Part shown: one piece after another, positions 50,010 to 59,840 of the stretch | Numbering within the stretch: the first letter of the stretch is position 1 | How the letters are laid out: each line of letters opens with the position of its first letter | Assembly: GCA_046726275.1 (NCBI GenBank) | Contig: JBKPAF010000014.1 | Location: forward strand, 442-64,441 | DNA length: 64,000 bases | Origin: Actinomycetota bacterium | Lineage (GTDB): Bacteria > Actinomycetota > UBA4738 | Direction of reading: 5' to 3' | Translations under genes and position numbers: made by a program | Notes under the pieces: model-generated | Databases searched by the model: none | Seen by the model: only the letters and a program-made list of their open reading frames with translations | What the model was told of the DNA's origin: nothing

Positions 50010-51191
50010 ATGTCGAAGCGCATGCCGGCTCGGTTCGCTGCCGTGCTGGCGGTGATCCTGGTCATTGGCCTGGCGAACATCGCGTTGGGCGCGGCCGGGG
50101 ACCCGCTGATCATCGGCAACATCACCCAGAGCGCCGGAACCTCCAATACGGCGCTCACTACGAAGTCGTCGGGAAACGCGTTCAAGATGCAGAACAACGG
50201 GACCGGAAGCGGGCTCCGAGGCGTTGCCACTGGAGGCGGCAACGGCGTGAGCGTCACGGCAACCCACAGAAACGGGAGAGGCGTGTTCGCCGAGAACACC
50301 GCTTCGACACCTGGAAACGGCCTCGGGGCCCTCGTTCTCGGGAATCAGCAGCCCGGGCTGTACGCACAGACGCTGAACGGCGAGGCGGCCGGCGTGATCG
50401 GTGACGACTTCTCGGGCAGCACGGCCGGGTCGGGGTCGATCGGCTTCACCGACTTCGGCACCGGATCCTTCGGCGTGGCCCTGAACCAGGGGGACGGAAG
50501 CGGTCCGGGCACCGGTGGGTACTTCGTGAATCAGACTTCCGACGACTATGCGCTCTACGCCGAGGGCTGCGCCAACCCGGACATCGCGTGCGCTGGTCCA
50601 GCCCAGGCCGCCAACCTGGTGGGGAACGTGTTGATCGATGGGGATCTCACGATCACGGGCACCTGCACGGGCTGCACGGCTGCCAACATGGCCATGAACG
50701 GAACCGACTCCATCATCCGCCAGGGCGACGCTGTCGCTCTCACTGGCGCGAAGCCCGTAGGCGGGGGTGTGCTCCTCTTGGTCGCCCCGGCCCAGCAAGG
50801 GCAGCAGGTCATCGGCGTGGCCGACCGGGCCATGATGCCGCACACCATGTCGAAGAGGTCGCTGGGCAACGCTTCGCGTGGGCGCAAGCAACCGCTGAAG
50901 GTGTCAAAACGAACTGTCTACGTCCCTGGTGGGAGGGCGATCCAGCCCGGGCAACTCATGCGCGTCGTCACCCACGGGGTATTCGCATACGCTTCGGCCA
51001 GCAGTTCGGCGGGGGCGATCCGGCCCGGTGACCCGCTGGCGCTGGGAAGGATCGCCGGGCACTTGGTTCGCCAACGACCCATCCACTACGCGGGACAGGC
51101 CTTCTACGCACCTGGCGCCAGCATCGGCTATGCCCTGGGCAGCCTCGACAACGAAAACGGCATGATCGCCATCTTCGTCAACCCGCACTGA
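50010..51191 (+). CDS. exported Gly/Asn/Thr-rich putative beta-solenoid protein with distinct C-terminal domain
   Basis: Signal peptide (RFAAVLAVILVIGLANIALG-AAG), repeated G-[VL]-x-[AG] units, GNVLIDGDLTITG junction, own downstream terminator. Confidence 0.7.
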   Translation: MSKRMPARFAAVLAVILVIGLANIALGAAGDPLIIGNITQSAGTSNTALTTKSSGNAFKMQNNGTGSGLRGVATGGGNGVSVTATHRNGRGVFAENTASTPGNGLGALVLGNQQPGLYAQTLNGEAAGVIGDDFSGSTAGSGSIGFTDFGTGSFGVALNQGDGSGPGTGGYFVNQTSDDYALYAEGCANPDIACAGPAQAANLVGNVLIDGDLTITGTCTGCTAANMAMNGTDSIIRQGDAVALTGAKPVGGGVLLLVAPAQQGQQVIGVADRAMMPHTMSKRSLGNASRGRKQPLKVSKRTVYVPGGRAIQPGQLMRVVTHGVFAYASASSSAGAIRPGDPLALGRIAGHLVRQRPIHYAGQAFYAPGASIGYALGSLDNENGMIAIFVNPH

Positions 51192-51210
51192 GCCAGCCTA
51201 GGCAGGGAGG

Positions 51211-51243
51211 GGGGGCGCTCCGCTCGGGGCGCTCCCTTTCTTC
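51211..51243 (+). terminator. probable intrinsic terminator
   Basis: GGGGGCGCTCC-GCTC-GGGGCGCTCCC hairpin (with G-U pairs) followed by TTTCTT, 20 nt after the stop at 51191. Confidence 0.6.
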
Positions 51244-51279
51244 CATTCCGCTAGCCCGGGCCCCCACCGCCATGGTTGG

Positions 51280-52191
51280 TCAGGCGAGGGCCAGGCACCG
51301 GACGGCCGGGAGTCCTTCCGCCAGGACGCGCCATGTGTTGCCCTCGTCCTCCGAGACGAACACAGACCCTTCCTCCGTTCCGAACGCTGCCCGTGTGTCC
51401 GAGGCCGCCAGACAGAACGTGTCGATGTTCGCCGGGAACCACTCGGGCAGTCCCGCCGTGCAGCGGACGAACGGCCCCCCGCCCTCCAACGGGCGGCGGT
51501 AGACGGCCGCTCTCCCTCCTCGGGGCCCGGTGGAAGCGGACGCGAGGATGTGGGTCGCGCCGACCGCCACGGCCCGGGAATACGAGGCATGAAGGCCATC
51601 GGCAACGAAGTCCCACGTATCCCCTCCATTGGAGCTCACGGCGACCCCCTCTGCTCCGGTCGCCGCGAGCACGAGTCCCGGCCTCGCCGATGGCGCCAGG
51701 ACCTGATGGACGTCGGTGTCGATGTCGATCGTTGGGTGGAACGTCGTTCCGCCGTCGGTCGAACGCACCACGCCGCCGACGTGGACGTTGATGAATAGGG
51801 CTCTCCCGGGGTCCTCGCTAATAGATCGGATGTCCGGGGGACCGCCCCACGGCGTATACCACGTGTCCCGGCCGTCCACGGCTGCGAACGCGCTCACCGG
51901 CTGGAGCTTCTCGTCCTCGAGCCGGAGCAGCGTGGCTTCCTCGGCCCCGACCAGCAAGCCGGCGCCCGTCGGACACAGGCAGTTCAATCGCTGCCCGCTC
52001 GAGGTGGCGGCCTGGTCCCACGCTCCCGGCCGGCCGGGCCGCCACACGTCCTCGCCGTCCGTCAGGGCCCACCAGCCCGAGCCCTCAGGCGCGAGGCACT
52101 GGACGGAGTGACCGGCGAGATGAACTCCGATCGGGCCCTTCGACTGGTCGAGCTCGTGAAGCCCATCCTCGGTGCCGACGAGGATCGCCAT
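51280..52191 (-). CDS. BNR/Asp-box beta-propeller protein
   Basis: Asp-box repeats RSTDGGTTF, VSSNGGDTW, SEDEGNTW; WYTPWGGPPDIRS. Confidence 0.82.
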   Translation of the reverse strand: MAILVGTEDGLHELDQSKGPIGVHLAGHSVQCLAPEGSGWWALTDGEDVWRPGRPGAWDQAATSSGQRLNCLCPTGAGLLVGAEEATLLRLEDEKLQPVSAFAAVDGRDTWYTPWGGPPDIRSISEDPGRALFINVHVGGVVRSTDGGTTFHPTIDIDTDVHQVLAPSARPGLVLAATGAEGVAVSSNGGDTWDFVADGLHASYSRAVAVGATHILASASTGPRGGRAAVYRRPLEGGGPFVRCTAGLPEWFPANIDTFCLAASDTRAAFGTEEGSVFVSEDEGNTWRVLAEGLPAVRCLALA

Positions 52192-52236
52192 GACCTCACC
52201 TTATCGCGGGCGCGGAGCGATCGCGCCCGGCGGGAA

Positions 52237-53244
52237 TCAGGCAGGCTGGGCAGGAGGTGCGGGCCGCCACAAGGCCATGAGGGCGATCGCCCCCAGGACG
52301 CCTGCCAGAGCGCCGACCCACCACGTCCAGCGCGATCCTGCCGGAGCCAGCACCGACGCCCTGGGCGGCCCGCCGCCATCGATCGACAGGTCGTAGCCGA
52401 TGGCACCGGCCGGGGTGTGAAGGGTCATCGCGGTCAGCCACATGCCCTCCGCCGGGAGCCACTCCATGCCCTCGTCCGACCGCAGGTCCTGGAGGAGCGC
52501 CGGATTCGCCTGCCGGTAGGCCCGCAGTTTCATGCCGGGCATGTCCCAGATCTGGGGGCTCAACGAGGGAGCGTGATCGGTCAGCACGAACAGATCCGCG
52601 TCCACGATCTCGGTAGCGATCTTGCCTAGGGCCAGGATCTGAAGGGGGATCCACGGAGCCTTGAGAGGAATGGTGAAGTGGATGGTCTGTCCCTGGCCTT
52701 CCACCAGGCCACGCTTCAGCGCCTCCACCCCGTCGAACTTGGCCAGGGCGAACACCGCGCCACTCGAGGAGTACCGCCCGAGGACCTTCGGGGTGTCCGA
52801 CGTGAGGTCGAACCCGTGCTTCCTGGCCCACGCCGCGACGTCCCGTCCGCCCCCTCGAACGACCGTGATGTCGAGCGCCTCGATCCGGATCTGCTGGAGG
52901 ACCTGAACGTCAGCGGCCGCCGGGGCCACCGACCGGAGCGCGCCGAACTCGACGGGGTTGATCTCCCGCTCCAGCCGTTCCAGGGTCCAGCCCCCGCCCT
53001 TCTCGATCTTCAAAGGCACCCCGGGCAACGGGATGATGTAGCCGAAGCTCGAGGCGTTGCCACCGAAGGCGAATCCCGTCACGTAGTGCTCGTACCCGTT
53101 GTGCCAGGCCGAGAGCGTGGTGGCCTTGCGCAGGACCTCGGCGTGGCCAGGAGCGATCAGCCCCCCACAGGCGAGCGCCGCACCCGACCCGAGGACCAGG
53201 AAGGCGAGCGCGAGGACAGGGGCCAGAAGGAACCGGCGAGCCAT
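52237..53244 (-). CDS. DUF2330-like exported protein with C-terminal membrane anchor
   Basis: Signal peptide ending ALA-CGG, F.G.A.SFGYIIPLPGVP, W.RKHGF, VFALAK, C-terminal TM. Confidence 0.7.
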   Translation of the reverse strand: MARRFLLAPVLALAFLVLGSGAALACGGLIAPGHAEVLRKATTLSAWHNGYEHYVTGFAFGGNASSFGYIIPLPGVPLKIEKGGGWTLERLEREINPVEFGALRSVAPAAADVQVLQQIRIEALDITVVRGGGRDVAAWARKHGFDLTSDTPKVLGRYSSSGAVFALAKFDGVEALKRGLVEGQGQTIHFTIPLKAPWIPLQILALGKIATEIVDADLFVLTDHAPSLSPQIWDMPGMKLRAYRQANPALLQDLRSDEGMEWLPAEGMWLTAMTLHTPAGAIGYDLSIDGGGPPRASVLAPAGSRWTWWVGALAGVLGAIALMALWRPAPPAQPA

Positions 53245-53388
53245 GGGGGCCTCCCTTCGAAGCAGGCGAGCGGTTTCGCTCGGATTTCCCAGCTTCGACG
53301 GACCCGCGATGCAGTAGGGTTCCCGCCCGTGAAGTTCTTCCCCACAGGTTTCAAGCGGACCCGATGCGAGTCCGATGACTGTGAAGGG

Positions 53389-54069
53389 ATGATCTCACCG
53401 GTCAGAGCCACAGATGCCTTCCGCCAATCGGCCATTCGGTTTCTGGCGTGCATCGCGGCCCTGTCCGTAGCCGGACTGGCCCTGGTCCTGACCAATCCCG
53501 CCTGGTGGCCCGTCTCCATGGTGACCGCGGGCTCGATCCCGCTCGTGTATCACCTGGCCGGACTTGGGAAGCACCGGGCCGGCGGTTCCTTCGCCGCGAT
53601 GGGTGTCATGGAACGACTGGGACTCGCCGGTTACTCCATCTGGCACGACGTGTCCGTCGGGGACCGCGTGGTCGCCCACGTCGTGGTCGGTCCGACCGGG
53701 GTGTTCTCCATCTCGAACGTGAACTGGTCAGGGCGGTTCCTCGTGACGAGCGAGGGCACGCTGCGCCACACCCGAGGAGACGTCGGCGGCCTGGCGTGGG
53801 AGGCCAGCAGGGACCTCGTAGCCATCAAGACCAGATTGCGAGCGGTGGGCCTCAGGAGGATCCCGGTACGAGCCGTGATCGCGGCAACCCGGGCGGGAAT
53901 GCCCCGGGGCCCGATCGACGCCGGGCAGGCCGCGTTCATGCGCATGGACGACGTTGCCTCCTACGTGCTCTTCGCGACTCCCTCCCTCGCCCCCCAGCAG
54001 GTCGCCCGGGCCATCGCCGCGTTCGAAGGCGAAGAACCCACCGAGCGGACCCGCCCCAGCCGCGGCTAG
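53389..54069 (+). CDS. membrane-anchored NERD-domain protein with degenerate nuclease motifs
   Basis: Two N-terminal TM helices, then IWHDVSVG...HVVVGPTGVF.I...NWSG. Confidence 0.72.
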   Translation: MISPVRATDAFRQSAIRFLACIAALSVAGLALVLTNPAWWPVSMVTAGSIPLVYHLAGLGKHRAGGSFAAMGVMERLGLAGYSIWHDVSVGDRVVAHVVVGPTGVFSISNVNWSGRFLVTSEGTLRHTRGDVGGLAWEASRDLVAIKTRLRAVGLRRIPVRAVIAATRAGMPRGPIDAGQAAFMRMDDVASYVLFATPSLAPQQVARAIAAFEGEEPTERTRPSRG

Positions 54070-54132
54070 TCCGCCGCGGCTGGTCCCCCGCCGGCTTGCT
54101 CCAGACCTTCCCGATCGGCCACGCTTTGCGTC

Positions 54133-54852
54133 ATGGTCAGCCGGTCAACGCCGGTCCGTGCGGCCGTCATTGACTTCGACGGGACGATCTGCCCTCACGA
54201 CGTGTCCGAGGAGCTTCTGGCCGAATTCGCCACGCCCGAGTGGTGGGAGATCGACCTGGAGTTCCAGCGGGGCGAGATCGGGTCCCGGGAATGCCTGGTC
54301 CGCCAAGGCGCACTCCTCTCCGGGACGAAGGACGCCATGCTGGAGTTCGCGCTCGACCGGTTCACCCTGGAGCCCTCGTTCCGGCCGTTCGTGGAGTGGT
54401 CCCGCCGTGCTGGCGTAGACGTGGTCGTCGCCAGCGATGGGTTCGGGTTCTATGTGGAACCGATGCTGAGGGCTGCCGGTGTCGACGGGGTGACGCTCTA
54501 CACCAACGAAGGGTCCCTCGGAAATGGCGGGCCGCCCCGGTTCTCCTTCCCCAAGGCCCATCCGATCTGCGTCGGGTGCGGGACTTGCAAGATGCTGGTG
54601 GTTCTCCGGAGCCGCGAGCGGCGCGGCCCGGTGGCGTTCGTGGGAGAGGGCCACAGCGATCGATACGGCGCGCTGTACTCGGACCTGGTATTCGCGAAGA
54701 AGGACCTCGTCGACATCTGCATGCGTGATGGCATTCCGTTCACCGTGTGGGAGACCTTCGACGACATCCGCACAGGGCTGGAGGAAGTGGCCGACCTACC
54801 CGGCCCGGTCGCGCCCGAGACCTGCCCCGGCTGGACCTGGCCTGGCGCGTAA
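54133..54852 (+). CDS. HAD-IB phosphatase (MtnX-like)
   Basis: IDFDGT, VASDG, CGTCK, FVGEGHSD..GA..SDLVFAK. Confidence 0.85.
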   Translation: MVSRSTPVRAAVIDFDGTICPHDVSEELLAEFATPEWWEIDLEFQRGEIGSRECLVRQGALLSGTKDAMLEFALDRFTLEPSFRPFVEWSRRAGVDVVVASDGFGFYVEPMLRAAGVDGVTLYTNEGSLGNGGPPRFSFPKAHPICVGCGTCKMLVVLRSRERRGPVAFVGEGHSDRYGALYSDLVFAKKDLVDICMRDGIPFTVWETFDDIRTGLEEVADLPGPVAPETCPGWTWPGA

Positions 54853-54855
54853 GAG

Positions 54856-56778
54856 CTAGGCGTCGGCTTCGGCGCGCACGTTCCCCAGCCAGCTTTCGTA
54901 GAGCGAGGCGTAGACCCCGCCCATGTCCACCAGCTCGGCGTGGGTTCCCCTCTCGACGATCCGGCCCTCCCGGAACACCAGGACTTCCTCGGCCGCCTCC
55001 GCGGTCGACAGCCGGTGGGCGATGGTGACAGTGGTCCGGCCCTCGGACAATCGCGACAGCGCGTCGGCCAGAGCCCGCTCGGTCTCGGGGTCCACGGCCG
55101 ACGTGGCCTCGTCCAGGATCAGCAACCCCGGATTCCCCATCTGGGCCCGAGCCAGCGCCACGAGCTGACGCTCGCCGACCGACAGGTTCTCGCCACGCTC
55201 GCCGACGGGCGTATCCAGTCCCCGGGGAAGGCTCCTGACCCACTCTCCCAGGCCCAGAGACTCGAACGAGGCCTCGACGTCCTGGTCGGTCGAGCCCTCC
55301 TTTCCGTAGCGCACGTTCTCCCGGACGGTGGCGTCGAACAGGAACCCATCCTGGGGCACCATCCTGATGGCGGCGCGCCGAGACTCCGGCGCCACCTCGC
55401 GCAGGTCCACTCCGCCCACCAGGATGCGGCCGCCTACCGGATCGGCCAGGCGGCACAGGAGCTTCGCGAACGTGGTCTTCCCGTGGCCCGTCTCGCCCAC
55501 TACGGCGATGTGCGACCCCGCCCGGAGGTCGACGTCGATCCCCCGCAGGACGATGCCGCCTCCGTCCGGGTAGCCGTAGCGGAGTGCCTCCGTCCGGACG
55601 GTCAGCGGATCCTCGGGGAGCTTCACGCCGGGTGAGGGCTCCACTAACTCGACGGGGATATCCAGCAGCCCCAGCACCTTTCGCCACCCCGCGATGGCCT
55701 GCTGCGTCAGGTCGAAGGTCTCCGATAGCTCCGAGAGGGGCTGGACGAATAGGCTCACCAGGAAGATGAACGCCACCAGGTCACCCAGGGACAGGCCCCA
55801 GCTTGGCCCGAACCAGGCGCCGACGGCGACGGCGGCCGCCACCGCGGCCGCCCCGAACAGGTCGGCCATGGGGAAGATCGAGGCCATGTACCGGGCAGCG
55901 TGCATCTCGGCCTTGTACCGCTGCCGGATGGCCATCTTGACTCGCCGGTTCGTCCGTTCCTCCAGCCCGTAAGCCCGGACCACGGCGGCGCCCATCAGGC
56001 TCTCCGAGATCTCCGAAAGCGTCTCACCGACCCGGGTCCGCACGACGTCGTAGGCCCCCTGCATGCCCTTCTGCATGAGCCGGAGGATCAGGAACAACGG
56101 GGAGATCACGGCGAGCACGACGAGGCCGAGCTGCCACGAGTAGATCAGCATGACCACGGCTGTTCCGAGCATCAGCGCGGAGCTGGTGATCCAGGCGATC
56201 CCGCCCCACTCCAGGAACTGGAAGAGGATGTCGATGTCGGCGGTGACCCGGGACACGAAGGCCCCCCGCCGCTCCGCGCTCTGCTCCGCGATGCTTAGCT
56301 CGTGGATGTGGGCGAACGCCTTAACCCGCAGGCTGGCCAGCGAGTTCTCGGTCGCCCGGACCATTCGCTGGAAGGTCAGCCGGCCGGCGAAGTAGACCCC
56401 GACCACGAGGACGGCCGCGATCGCGCAGGCACCGTACACGAACCGTGGAAGGAACCCCTGGGGCCCGGTCAGCCCCTTGTCCAGGATCTGCTGGATGAGG
56501 ATGGGGATGAGCAACCGGCCGGCGGTCATCGCCATGGCCATGGCGATGGTGAAGCCGATCCCCGCCTTCAGCTCGGGCGTGGCCCGAAGACCCCTTCGGA
56601 TAAGCGCGACGGCGCCTTCGATGGGTGGCCCGATCTGCTCTTCGTCTGCGGGCGTGGTCGGCCTGGGCTCCTCCCATCCGTCCGGCCCGTGAGCCCACCT
56701 TTCCTCATCCCGCCGGCGCCCGACGTGACCGCCGCCCTCGTCCTGATGGTTCACGCGTTCGCGCTCTTCGTGCTTCAT
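54856..56778 (-). CDS. ABC exporter half-transporter (TMD+NBD)
   Basis: GETGHGKTT, LSVGERQ, LDEATSAVD, IAHRLS. Confidence 0.92.
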   Translation of the reverse strand: MKHEERERVNHQDEGGGHVGRRRDEERWAHGPDGWEEPRPTTPADEEQIGPPIEGAVALIRRGLRATPELKAGIGFTIAMAMAMTAGRLLIPILIQQILDKGLTGPQGFLPRFVYGACAIAAVLVVGVYFAGRLTFQRMVRATENSLASLRVKAFAHIHELSIAEQSAERRGAFVSRVTADIDILFQFLEWGGIAWITSSALMLGTAVVMLIYSWQLGLVVLAVISPLFLILRLMQKGMQGAYDVVRTRVGETLSEISESLMGAAVVRAYGLEERTNRRVKMAIRQRYKAEMHAARYMASIFPMADLFGAAAVAAAVAVGAWFGPSWGLSLGDLVAFIFLVSLFVQPLSELSETFDLTQQAIAGWRKVLGLLDIPVELVEPSPGVKLPEDPLTVRTEALRYGYPDGGGIVLRGIDVDLRAGSHIAVVGETGHGKTTFAKLLCRLADPVGGRILVGGVDLREVAPESRRAAIRMVPQDGFLFDATVRENVRYGKEGSTDQDVEASFESLGLGEWVRSLPRGLDTPVGERGENLSVGERQLVALARAQMGNPGLLILDEATSAVDPETERALADALSRLSEGRTTVTIAHRLSTAEAAEEVLVFREGRIVERGTHAELVDMGGVYASLYESWLGNVRAEADA

Positions 56779-58529
56779 GCCGCACCCCGCTCGTACGCAG
56801 AGACCATGGCCAGGTAGGCCGGGTGGGCCAGGAGCTGGACGTGCGTGCCCTCGGCCTCGATGCGGCCCTCGTCGAGGAACAGGACCCGGTCGGCCAGGCT
56901 GATCGTGGAGACGCGGTAGGCGATGACGAACAACGTGGTGTCCAGGTCACGCCGCAGACCCTCCAGGATCGCCGCCTCGACCGTGGGATCGACGGATGAT
57001 GTAGCGTCGTCCAAGATCAGCAACCTCGGCTTCCGAACGAGGGCCCGGGCCAGGGCCAGCCGCTGCCGCTGGCCGCCGGAGAGCGTCACGCCTCGCTCGC
57101 CGAGCACGGTGTCGAGGCCTTTAGGGAGCTCGCCAACGAATCCTTCGGCCTGGGCCAGCCGAAGCGCCTCCCAGATCTCCTTGTCCGATACCTGGAGGTC
57201 GAGGGCCACGTTCTCCCGGACCGTCCTGGCGAACAGGAAGCTCTCCTGGAATACGATCGCGGCCGATCTACGGAGGGCCTCCGGGGCCATGCGCCTCAGG
57301 TCGACGCCGGCCAGCCGGATGGAGCCGGCCTCCGGGTCGGCCAGGCGCACGAGCAGGTGGGCCAAAGTGCTCTTGCCCGATCCGGTGGGCCCGACCAGGG
57401 CCACCGACTCGTTCGGAGCCACGTCGAAGGACAGGTCCTCGAGGACGCGATTGCCATCGTAGGCGAAGGACACCGATCGAACGGACACCTCGCTCGGCCC
57501 CTCGGGGTGCGGCACGCGGTCGACCGCGGGAGCAAGGCTGATCGGCTCGACAAAGACCTCCTGGATCCGCTCCCGTCCCACCACCGCCCGGGGGACGTCG
57601 GAGAGCACGAACCCGATCAAGCGCAGGGGGAAGGCCAGCAGCTCGAAGAGGCTGACGAACTGGACCAGGGTGCCGATAGTGATGGCCCCGGTGGAGACCC
57701 GCCACGACCCCACGGCGATCAGCACGATGATCCCGATCCCCGGGATGGCCTCGAAGGCGGGCTCGAAGGCAGCACGGAGCCTGCCCATCCGGACGCGCTC
57801 CTCCCGAAGCGCCGTGGCCCGCTCCCTCAGCCGCTCGACCTCGGCTCGTTCCCGGCCCAGCGTCTTGACCATGAGCGCGCCGTCGATGCTCTCGTGGGCT
57901 ACGGCGGAGACGTCGCCGATCCGCTCCTGAGCCTTCGTGGCCGGATCCTCCACCCTGGCCGTATAGATGCGATTGATCACGGCCAGGCCGGGCAGCACCA
58001 GGATGCCGACCACAGCCAAGAACAGGTCGGTCACGAGAAGGGCAATCGTCGCGAACACCACCAGGAGCACGACCGCCAGCGACCACGGCAGCGGGTGGAT
58101 CACGTCGATGGCGGCCTGGACGTCTGCCTCGGCGTGCGCCATGAGCTCACCGGTCGGGCGGCTCCGGTGGTAGGCGAGGGGTAGGGCCTGGTACTGGTCC
58201 ACAACCCGGTTGGTGAGGGTCATCCGCATGCGGCTCCCCGTCATCCCGGCGAAGTACCTGCGCATGATGATCCCGGCCGCCCGGATGAGCCCGACCGCCA
58301 TGATGGCCACCACACCCCACACGATCGTCTCCGGCTCGACTCCTCCCTGCTCGAACGCGGGCACGAGCACTCGGTCGGTGATTCGGCCCAGCACGATCGT
58401 GCTGGCGACGGTCATGCCGGCATAGATCGTCGCCCCCGTCACCGCGATGGCGAACGGCAGCGGGTGCGTGGCGATATAGGAACCGATGATGCGCAAACCG
58501 CGCATGAAGACGCTGCGTTGTTCCTTCAT
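56775..58529 (-). CDS. ABC exporter half-transporter (TMD+NBD), partner subunit
   Basis: GPTGSGKST, LSGGQRQR, LDDATSSVD, IAYR (His switch replaced, consistent with a heterodimeric exporter). ATGA overlap with the partner gene. Confidence 0.92.
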   Translation of the reverse strand: MKEQRSVFMRGLRIIGSYIATHPLPFAIAVTGATIYAGMTVASTIVLGRITDRVLVPAFEQGGVEPETIVWGVVAIMAVGLIRAAGIIMRRYFAGMTGSRMRMTLTNRVVDQYQALPLAYHRSRPTGELMAHAEADVQAAIDVIHPLPWSLAVVLLVVFATIALLVTDLFLAVVGILVLPGLAVINRIYTARVEDPATKAQERIGDVSAVAHESIDGALMVKTLGRERAEVERLRERATALREERVRMGRLRAAFEPAFEAIPGIGIIVLIAVGSWRVSTGAITIGTLVQFVSLFELLAFPLRLIGFVLSDVPRAVVGRERIQEVFVEPISLAPAVDRVPHPEGPSEVSVRSVSFAYDGNRVLEDLSFDVAPNESVALVGPTGSGKSTLAHLLVRLADPEAGSIRLAGVDLRRMAPEALRRSAAIVFQESFLFARTVRENVALDLQVSDKEIWEALRLAQAEGFVGELPKGLDTVLGERGVTLSGGQRQRLALARALVRKPRLLILDDATSSVDPTVEAAILEGLRRDLDTTLFVIAYRVSTISLADRVLFLDEGRIEAEGTHVQLLAHPAYLAMVSAYERGAA

Positions 58530-58709
58530 TGTTCGTGCTCCTGGCCCGGGGTGGGGCGGAGGGTTTCGGACAGCCCAAAGGGGACCTGGGAGACCCGGCC
58601 GGCGGCATTCCAATGATACGCACGTTTCGGGGTTCCTTTCCACCCCTCCTGTCGTGCTCGGAACCCCTCTTTCCCCCACTCGGCGAGGCTCTGCTAGCGT
58701 CTGCGTTCC

Positions 58710-59825
58710 GTGACCGCCCCGTCGAACCGGAGGAGGGCCTCAGCCATGATCCGACGATCGATCGTGCTCGCGCCCGTGCTCGTCCTGATCCTGGCCCTGC
58801 TCGGTCCCCCTGCCGCCTCGGCGCGCCAGGGCGGGATCGACGCGATCGGGGCCACCCCGATCGTCACCGGACTGGAATTCCCTGCGGCCTTCACCGTCGG
58901 CGCGGACCGAAGGGTCTACTACGGCGAGCGCTTCACCGGCGAACTGCGCATCTTCAACCCGGCCAACGGCTCGGACATCCACTGGGCCACCATCCCTAAT
59001 GTGACCAGCGGAGGTGAGCGGGGCCTGCTCGGTCTCCAGCTCATCCCGGGATCGACACACCTCGTGGGGTACGTCTTCGCCACCCGGTTGGTGGGCGGAG
59101 TCCCGACGAACCAGATCATCCGGGTCGCCGCGTTCCTGCAGGTGATCTTCTCTAGCAACACGCAATCCCAGTTCAACCACAACGGCGGGCGCATCCTGTT
59201 CGGACCCGACGGGAATCTGTACGCAGTCATCGGCGACGCCCAGAACCCGGGCAATTCCCAGGACCTCAATAGACATGCGGGCAAGATCCTGCGGATGACT
59301 CCGAGCGGCGGTGTCCCTGGCGACAACCCCTTTCCCGGGAACCTCGCCTGGTCGTTCGGGATCCGTAACTCGTTCGGATTCACCTTCGATCCGCTGACCG
59401 GCCGGATGTGGGAGACGGAGAACGGCCCGGAGTGCAACGACGAGCTCAACCTGATCGAGAGCGGGAAGAACTACGCTTGGGGACCGCGAGCTACCTGCGC
59501 GACCCCACCGCCTCCGCCTGCCAACACTAACCAGGATGGGCCGAACCCGGTGATGCCGCTGGCGTGGTTCAATCCGACCACCGCCCCGACGGGTACCGCG
59601 TTCTGCGTCGGCTGCGGCATCCCATCGGCCGAGGGGAACATGTTCTTCGCGGCCTTCAACACGAGGGTGATCACGAAGGTCGTCCTGAACGCTCAGCGCA
59701 CGGGGATCGTGTCGATGGAGCCCGTGTACACGCATCCGCGCCAGATCCTGGGTATGGAACGCGGACCGGACAGTGCCGTCTACTTCAGCGACACCCAGGG
59801 GATCTACAAGCTCGTCGAGAACTGA
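58710..59825 (+). CDS. PQQ-dependent soluble sugar dehydrogenase (GSDH family), exported
   Basis: Signal peptide, GERGLLG, HNGGRILFGPDGNLY..IGD, GKILR, GIRNSFG, ENGP..NDELN.I..GKNY.W. Confidence 0.9.
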   Translation: MTAPSNRRRASAMIRRSIVLAPVLVLILALLGPPAASARQGGIDAIGATPIVTGLEFPAAFTVGADRRVYYGERFTGELRIFNPANGSDIHWATIPNVTSGGERGLLGLQLIPGSTHLVGYVFATRLVGGVPTNQIIRVAAFLQVIFSSNTQSQFNHNGGRILFGPDGNLYAVIGDAQNPGNSQDLNRHAGKILRMTPSGGVPGDNPFPGNLAWSFGIRNSFGFTFDPLTGRMWETENGPECNDELNLIESGKNYAWGPRATCATPPPPPANTNQDGPNPVMPLAWFNPTTAPTGTAFCVGCGIPSAEGNMFFAAFNTRVITKVVLNAQRTGIVSMEPVYTHPRQILGMERGPDSAVYFSDTQGIYKLVEN

Positions 59826-59840
59826 TTCCGCAAGCCTGGC

